Source: an uncultured Clostridia bacterium (GTDB lineage: Bacteria > Bacillota > Clostridia > UMGS1883). From it: a DNA stretch of 32,912 bases. Below the pieces are notes generated by a model, which was not told the DNA's origin, did no database searches, and saw only the letters and a program-made list of their open reading frames with translations. This document shows, one piece after another, positions 27,214 through 32,912 of the stretch (positions are counted from its first letter, which is position 1; the number at the start of each line of letters is the position of its first letter). The stretch lies in assembly GCA_947624455.1 (NCBI GenBank), contig CANQKL010000003.1, positions 1 to 32,912 on the forward strand. Reading direction: 5' to 3'. The position numbers and the translations under genes were made by a program.

Positions 27214-27960
27214 ATGAAGTGTATCGTTCTTGCGGCAGGCTATGCTACGCGCCTGTACCCGCTGACGGAAAATTATCCTAAGCCTCTCTTAGAGGTCAAC
27301 GGGATGAGCATATTGGATCATCTGTTGAGGGATATCGACAAGCTGGAAGAAGTGGACGGCCACGTTATAGTTTCAAATCACCGATACTATCAGCGGTTTG
27401 TGGAGTGGAAGGATAAGAATACGGCGATCAAAAAACCCATTGAAATACTGGACGACGGCAGTATGTCCAACGAGACTCGGTTAGGCGCGGTAAAGGATAT
27501 CCAGTTCGCCATAGAAAGCCTGAACATCGACGAGGATGTTCTGATTATTGCCGGTGATAACCTTATTGATTTTTCCTTTAGGCAATTTGTTGACTTTGCC
27601 GAGTCTCACAATGCTTCGGCTGTCATGGTCAACTATGAGGAGAGCTTGGAGGAGCTTCGCCGCTGCGGAGTCATGATACCCGATGAAAACATGAAGATAG
27701 TTTCCATGGAGGAAAAGCCTCGAGAGCCAAAGAGCAACTGGTGCGTGGGTCCCTTCTACTTTTACAGGAGGGAGGATCTGCACTATGTGGCGAAGGGCAT
27801 AGCGGAGGGCTGCGGCACCGACGCGCCCGGCAGCTTTGTCTGCTACCTCTGTGAGCATACTCCAGTTTACGCCTATGAGATGCCCGGCCAACGCTATGAT
27901 ATTGGGGATCTGGAGAGCTATAAAAAGGTGCAGAAAATATATAAGTATAAGCCGGAATGA
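27214..27960 (+). CDS. Sugar-phosphate nucleotidyltransferase (NTP_transferase family)
   Basis: LAAGYATRLYPLT..PKPLL, IIAGDN, EEKP and RYDIG motifs; substrate cannot be assigned. Confidence 0.9.
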   Translation: MKCIVLAAGYATRLYPLTENYPKPLLEVNGMSILDHLLRDIDKLEEVDGHVIVSNHRYYQRFVEWKDKNTAIKKPIEILDDGSMSNETRLGAVKDIQFAIESLNIDEDVLIIAGDNLIDFSFRQFVDFAESHNASAVMVNYEESLEELRRCGVMIPDENMKIVSMEEKPREPKSNWCVGPFYFYRREDLHYVAKGIAEGCGTDAPGSFVCYLCEHTPVYAYEMPGQRYDIGDLESYKKVQKIYKYKPE

Positions 27961-28032
27961 GGCGCGGCCCGTTACCCCTCAAACGCACGTAATTTAGATT
28001 TTAATAAAACCACTAAACAGGAGGAATGAAAA

Positions 28033-31000
28033 ATGGGACTTTCACGAGTACTGGCAATGGTTGTAACGCTGACGATGGTATTCACCGTGCTGGCGGTTTT
28101 CCCTATGGGAGCCAGCGCCACGAGCATGACCGACGCCGCGTTTTTTGCCAAGCTTAATTACGACGCTTACCCTGAACTCGGCTTGGTAAAGGCGGCCGTG
28201 GACAGGAAGGATTACGACAAGGCAAAGGCAGAACTGCTCAAATACCTCAAGGCCCGCCACGCCGATGGAAAAATCACCGGCAACGGCGTTACCGAGGCTG
28301 ACGAGAACTACGGCATGGCCGTGCTGCCCATGAGGAATATCCTCACCGGCCCCTATGAGTTCGATATGTGGCAGGCGGAGTTCACCGTAACAGACAAAAA
28401 CTTTAAAGATTACAGCATTGACGTTACCGACCGTGTGCGGCACGAGCTTGCCAACGGCGCGGTGAGCTTTATGCTCATGGCCGGTAACAAGCAGCGTTAT
28501 CCCGTTATCGTCAAGTCCAAGGAGGCTGGCGACGCCGGCCCCAGGCTGGTAGTCAAGCTTAGCGATGGAACTGATGAGACGATAGGCGCGGATCAGGATA
28601 CATATATCAGCTCCAAGGACACTAAGACCGATTACGGCGCGGCCGCCGAGCTGTACGTCAAGGAGGACGCCGACAACGGCAATAACTCCACCGGCGAAAA
28701 CACCCGCCGCGCCTACATGAACTTTTCCCTGGGCAAGGTTGCCAACAAGGAAATAACCAGCGCCGCCCTTGTTGTCAACGCCGCCTATGCCAACGACTGC
28801 GCCACCGGCCCCAAGGACGTGCTTGTTATAAACATAGGCGACACCACCTGGAACGAGTCTAAGCATACCTGGGACGCCATAAAGGGAAACATATACTCCT
28901 ATGAAAACCTGGACGAACCCATTTGGAACGCCAACGCTCCCAATGCCGACAGCGAGTATCACAACGTTACAAGCCGCTTCTGGTTCGGCAAGCCAATGGC
29001 CTATGAGTACCTGTCTTACCTTAAGATGGGGGAGAAGGCATATAACGACTCTCACCCCTATCATGAGCAGTACCCCGGCGATGAGTTTGGCCCCAAGCTG
29101 GTTGACCTGATGAACGCATTCGCCACCCAGATGAATTACGGCTGGACCCGTACTCTTGAGACTGGCGAGCGTCTGAACCGCTGGGTTGACATAGTTGACG
29201 CCTTTTTGGGTACCAATGTGTTCGACGATAAGCTGGACGAGTTAGTGAACATACTCTCCTTTATGTGGGGCGACTGCAACTACCTGAACGGCCTCGACAT
29301 AACCAGCGACGGCCCGTGGTGGAGCAACTGGAAGCTTGTGGCCAACGCCGGTTTCTTCAAGGCTGTGGAGTTCCTGCCAGAGCTGAAGGATCACGACGCC
29401 TTCCGCGAAAGGGTGGAGGGGAACGTTGAATACACCATGGACTTCCTCTTTAACGACGACATGAGCTTTAAGGAGGCGGGTCCCTCCTACGGCGAATGGT
29501 GCATGAAGCTCTATGGCGACTGCCTCATCGCCGCTGAAAAGTCCGACAATCCCGTGAGCGCATCCTTCAAAACAAAGCTCATTTACGCCGCCCGCAACGC
29601 CGCTCAGAGCTTTTTCCCCGACGGCTGGGATTCCAACGTTGGCGACTCCAACTACCGGGATAAGATGTCCGAGTTCAAGCTGATAGCCGAATATCTTGAT
29701 GACCCCATGCTTGACGCTTACGTAAATGGCGACGGCGCTTATGAGGGCGAAAAGTCCGTCCTTTACAACGACGTCAACTCCGTATATATGCGCACCAGTT
29801 GGGATCCCAAAGAGACTACATACGTGTCCTTCTCGAACAACCCCAACGACGGTCACGCCCATCCCGACTCCAATCAGGTGCTGATGTACGCCTACGGCAA
29901 GCCCCTGCTTGTGGACAGCGGACGCTATGGCTACGCCAACCCCAACAACTCCATTTATACCGAGCTGCGCTATGCCAGCGCCCACAACACCGTCGAGGCC
30001 GAGGGCGTGAGCATGGGCGGCAACAACAACTATCATTCCAGTTCCGCCGAAAAGATAAGTTCCTACGCGGACAACGACCTGTTCACCTTTGCCGCCAGCA
30101 CTCAGCACGGCTATCCCAACACCAAGCACACCCGCAACGTTCTGTTCCTTAAGCGCTTGGGCGGCGGAGTTACTTTTGTGACCGACTATGTGGACGGCAA
30201 TAAGGCCGATCAGGTTTATCGTCAGAACTGGCACTTCATGCCCTCCAGCAACGCCGCAGTTGGCACGGACGGACACAGCGTTTCCACCAACTTTGCGGGC
30301 GAGGCCAACGTTGACCTTTACAACGCCGACGCCGACGCGTCGACCGAGATAAAGGACGGATATTTCAGCGCGGACTACGGCCTTGTGGCTAACAGTAAGT
30401 ACGGCTCCTTTAAAAAGACCGGCGAGGACGTGAAGTTCGGCACCGTTATCGTTCCTCGCAGGGCTGGCGAGGCGGCAAAAAATATTACTGTAACCGATAA
30501 GGCCAAGGATAACAACAGCTCCGCCGTTTCCATGACAACTCCGCTTCGCGGTAGCGACAGCAGGAAATTTGATTATACCGTATATGTAAAGAACAATGCC
30601 AACGCCGACGGCGCTTTCGGCGAGTACAAGACAGACGCCAAGGCGGCCATTGTGATGGACGGCATAAACGGCGAGGAAGGTACTCAAGCTGGCCCCGTTC
30701 AATACGGCATTGTAAATGGCAAGACCCTTACAAAGAACGGTCAGGTCATTATAGAATCCTCTGCGGAGCTGAACTCCATAGGCGTTGAGCAGACCGGCCC
30801 TACCAGTCCGGGCTTAGACATAACCGGTGAAAACCTCGCCCCTAATACGGATAAGACTAAGGCCATTAAAATTTACGCTGGCGGCGCTGTCGAATCCGTC
30901 ACTCTCAACGGCGAGAACATAAAATTTGAACAGGACGGGGACTATGTTTACGCCGTTGGCGTGGGCAGCGTCACCACCGTTGATGAGACCGTTATTTCCG

Positions 31001-32912
31001 CTGATAAGGACGGCTTTGTGGCCTACAAGGACAATAAAGAGACAAATGAAGGCAAAACAGACAGGGGTATTATCCAAGCCGCGATTTCCGACTGGGCGGC
31101 AAGAAATGCCTATGCGGCTTTTGATTTGGAAAAATACTCAGTCGATGATTTTGACAAGGCAGTTCTCCGCATGGTAGTAACAGAGGCCGCGAGCGGAGGA
31201 AATATACATTTCTACTGGATGGATTATGGCACATGGACAAGGGACAACTTGCAATTCGTTGTTAACACTGGCAAAATGCCAACATTTAAAAATAGCGGAG
31301 AGATAAAGGACGGAGAAGCATCGTTTAAAGGATATCCGTATCGTTTGCAAGCTAATGTCGGTGGTCTTAAAGTGGGTGATACACTTGAAGTGGATATCAC
31401 AGATTCTCTTAAGGGATATCTTACCAATGGTAATAACGTAAATCCCAGCCTTAGCAAAAAATTTACTTTGGCAATGTTAAGTCAGACCGGCAGCACGAAG
31501 TTCGCCTCCCTTGAGAACGGCACATATCCCGGCCCCGCCATCGTTCTCTCCACCTCCACGACCGAGGGCGAGAAGAGGGAAACAAAGGTCACGGTTAAAT
31601 TCCTTGACGACAAGAATAACGAGATCAAGAACGCCGAAACCGTTACCTCCGGCCTACAAAACGGCAAGCTCTACACCTACGACGCCCCCGAGACGGTAGT
31701 TTACAACGGTGTTACCTACTACCTTGACAAGGCCGATTCAAGCCTGAGCGTGATGATAACCGAGGGCGAAGCCTACGACCTCACCGCCAAGTATGTGCCT
31801 GCCGCCGAGGTCAAGGTGCGGTTCACCCACAACGGCGAACCCGTTGCCGATGACGACAGCGTATACGTGATGCCCGGCTCGACCTACACCTTCGCGCCCG
31901 AGACGGTCTATACCTTTGACGGACAGACGTATTTGACTGATACGGAGCGTTCAACTCTCGCCGTCAAGGCCGCTTCCGATACCGAAAACGCAATAGTTGT
32001 CGCTCTTGCCGAAATCCAGCTTGGTGAAAACATAATTAAAAACGGCAGCTTTGAAACTGATACCGACGGCTGGACTTCCTACAATAACGGGATAAAGGCC
32101 CTCGGCTCCAACTGGGCGCGGTCAAAGGATTACGCCAAGGACGGCAGTTATTCGCTGCACGTAAATCAGAGCCAGGAGAATACATGGACGGGTTCTAACG
32201 ACGACAACAACCTCCAGACATACTTTAAGCTCGAGCCTAACAAGAAGTATCTGCTCACCTTCAGTGAGTATTGGACGCAGGCTGTGAGCAGCTCAAATTC
32301 CGGACACATGAACGCCGCAACGGTATCGGCGGGCTACGGAACATCCAACCACAAGCCCGCGGCCGGAGGCTGGTCCTCCTGGGACACTGGCGGAGTGAAC
32401 AGAACCTTAGCCCGCGAGGCCAATAAGTGGCTGACCTACGCGTATCTGCTTGACACTTCCAACGCGGATGTTGTCAACGCGGCGGAAATTTATGCCACAA
32501 TAGCTTACTCCATGAACCAATGCACGTCTCTCTACATTGACGACTTCTCGCTGTGCGAGATCGTCGATTCCGAGATAAAGACTGCCCAGATCACCGTCCG
32601 CTATGTGGATGAAAAGGGCGAGGAGCTGGCCGCCGCTGAGAGCTTCACCGCCAGAGTGGGCGACAGCTATGACGCTGAGCCGTATGTTATTGACGCGCTC
32701 CACCGGAACAAGACTGTCTACGCCTTTGACTCCGGCGCCACCGGCGAAATTACCGGCGAAGTTACCGGCGATAAGCAGATCGACATGGTCTACTCATCAG
32801 CGGCATATGACGGCGTTCTTCTGGATCTGAGCTTTGACGGCGCCGACAGCGGCTTTGCCGGAGGCGAGGGTACAGCCCGTTACCGCGGCAAGTCGCCCGT
32901 CTTCGCTGCGGG
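28033..32912 (+). CDS. Giant secreted modular heparinase II/III-like polysaccharide lyase (DNRLRE-like x2, MucBP-like repeats, CBM_4_9-like domain); 3' end outside the window
   Basis: AGGAGG RBS, ATG 28033, signal peptide MGLSRVLAMVVTLTMVFTVLAVFPMGASA; frame runs off the window (>1620 codons), hence missing from the ORF track. Motifs LNYDAYPELGLVKAAV..DYDKAKAELLKY, RTLETGER, EAGPSY, GHAHPD...KPLLVDSGRYGY, AHNTV; TVKFLDD and TVRYVDE MucBP-like starts; NIIKNGSFE...GW. Confidence 0.88.
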   Translation, partial: MGLSRVLAMVVTLTMVFTVLAVFPMGASATSMTDAAFFAKLNYDAYPELGLVKAAVDRKDYDKAKAELLKYLKARHADGKITGNGVTEADENYGMAVLPMRNILTGPYEFDMWQAEFTVTDKNFKDYSIDVTDRVRHELANGAVSFMLMAGNKQRYPVIVKSKEAGDAGPRLVVKLSDGTDETIGADQDTYISSKDTKTDYGAAAELYVKEDADNGNNSTGENTRRAYMNFSLGKVANKEITSAALVVNAAYANDCATGPKDVLVINIGDTTWNESKHTWDAIKGNIYSYENLDEPIWNANAPNADSEYHNVTSRFWFGKPMAYEYLSYLKMGEKAYNDSHPYHEQYPGDEFGPKLVDLMNAFATQMNYGWTRTLETGERLNRWVDIVDAFLGTNVFDDKLDELVNILSFMWGDCNYLNGLDITSDGPWWSNWKLVANAGFFKAVEFLPELKDHDAFRERVEGNVEYTMDFLFNDDMSFKEAGPSYGEWCMKLYGDCLIAAEKSDNPVSASFKTKLIYAARNAAQSFFPDGWDSNVGDSNYRDKMSEFKLIAEYLDDPMLDAYVNGDGAYEGEKSVLYNDVNSVYMRTSWDPKETTYVSFSNNPNDGHAHPDSNQVLMYAYGKPLLVDSGRYGYANPNNSIYTELRYASAHNTVEAEGVSMGGNNNYHSSSAEKISSYADNDLFTFAASTQHGYPNTKHTRNVLFLKRLGGGVTFVTDYVDGNKADQVYRQNWHFMPSSNAAVGTDGHSVSTNFAGEANVDLYNADADASTEIKDGYFSADYGLVANSKYGSFKKTGEDVKFGTVIVPRRAGEAAKNITVTDKAKDNNSSAVSMTTPLRGSDSRKFDYTVYVKNNANADGAFGEYKTDAKAAIVMDGINGEEGTQAGPVQYGIVNGKTLTKNGQVIIESSAELNSIGVEQTGPTSPGLDITGENLAPNTDKTKAIKIYAGGAVESVTLNGENIKFEQDGDYVYAVGVGSVTTVDETVISADKDGFVAYKDNKETNEGKTDRGIIQAAISDWAARNAYAAFDLEKYSVDDFDKAVLRMVVTEAASGGNIHFYWMDYGTWTRDNLQFVVNTGKMPTFKNSGEIKDGEASFKGYPYRLQANVGGLKVGDTLEVDITDSLKGYLTNGNNVNPSLSKKFTLAMLSQTGSTKFASLENGTYPGPAIVLSTSTTEGEKRETKVTVKFLDDKNNEIKNAETVTSGLQNGKLYTYDAPETVVYNGVTYYLDKADSSLSVMITEGEAYDLTAKYVPAAEVKVRFTHNGEPVADDDSVYVMPGSTYTFAPETVYTFDGQTYLTDTERSTLAVKAASDTENAIVVALAEIQLGENIIKNGSFETDTDGWTSYNNGIKALGSNWARSKDYAKDGSYSLHVNQSQENTWTGSNDDNNLQTYFKLEPNKKYLLTFSEYWTQAVSSSNSGHMNAATVSAGYGTSNHKPAAGGWSSWDTGGVNRTLAREANKWLTYAYLLDTSNADVVNAAEIYATIAYSMNQCTSLYIDDFSLCEIVDSEIKTAQITVRYVDEKGEELAAAESFTARVGDSYDAEPYVIDALHRNKTVYAFDSGATGEITGEVTGDKQIDMVYSSAAYDGVLLDLSFDGADSGFAGGEGTARYRGKSPVFAA

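Noticed and set aside
28026-28040. Frameshifted start MKN for the lyase at 28026
   Set aside because: That ATG is 1 nt from the RBS; ATG 28033 has 8-nt spacing and gives an intact signal peptide.
31030-31480. Low-GC segment as a diversity-generating retroelement variable region
   Set aside because: No template repeat or reverse transcriptase visible in the window.

Overview
Chromosomal segment from a spore-forming Clostridia-class bacterium (sigG, SLH protein, Firmicute-style promoters). Left to right: a 5'-truncated HypD-type glycyl radical enzyme; a small HPr-like gene; a ~480-bp palindrome-rich MITE-like element; an orphan sigG with a sigma-G-type promoter; a complete ISL3 element (TIRs, 8-bp TSD) inserted in a hairpin cluster; a secreted six-repeat Fn3_assoc/CHB_HEX_C protein; a split 2-hydroxyacyl-CoA dehydratase activator/dehydratase pair; a walR-walK-(extra secreted gene)-yycH-yycI locus; a glycine-zipper stress-like gene; a lipoprotein; trmFO; a secreted GH105/88-CBM32x3 enzyme; an SLH protein; glyQS; a sugar nucleotidyltransferase; and a giant modular heparinase II/III-like lyase (>1600 aa, runs off the window, absent from the ORF track). 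Most notable: WalK lacks its G1 ATP-binding box; perfect WalR boxes precede two uncharacterised secreted proteins; the lyase carries an apparently circularly permuted DNRLRE domain and a low-GC internal module; and two copies of a structured repeat show compensatory base changes. All family calls are from recalled motifs, not database searches.
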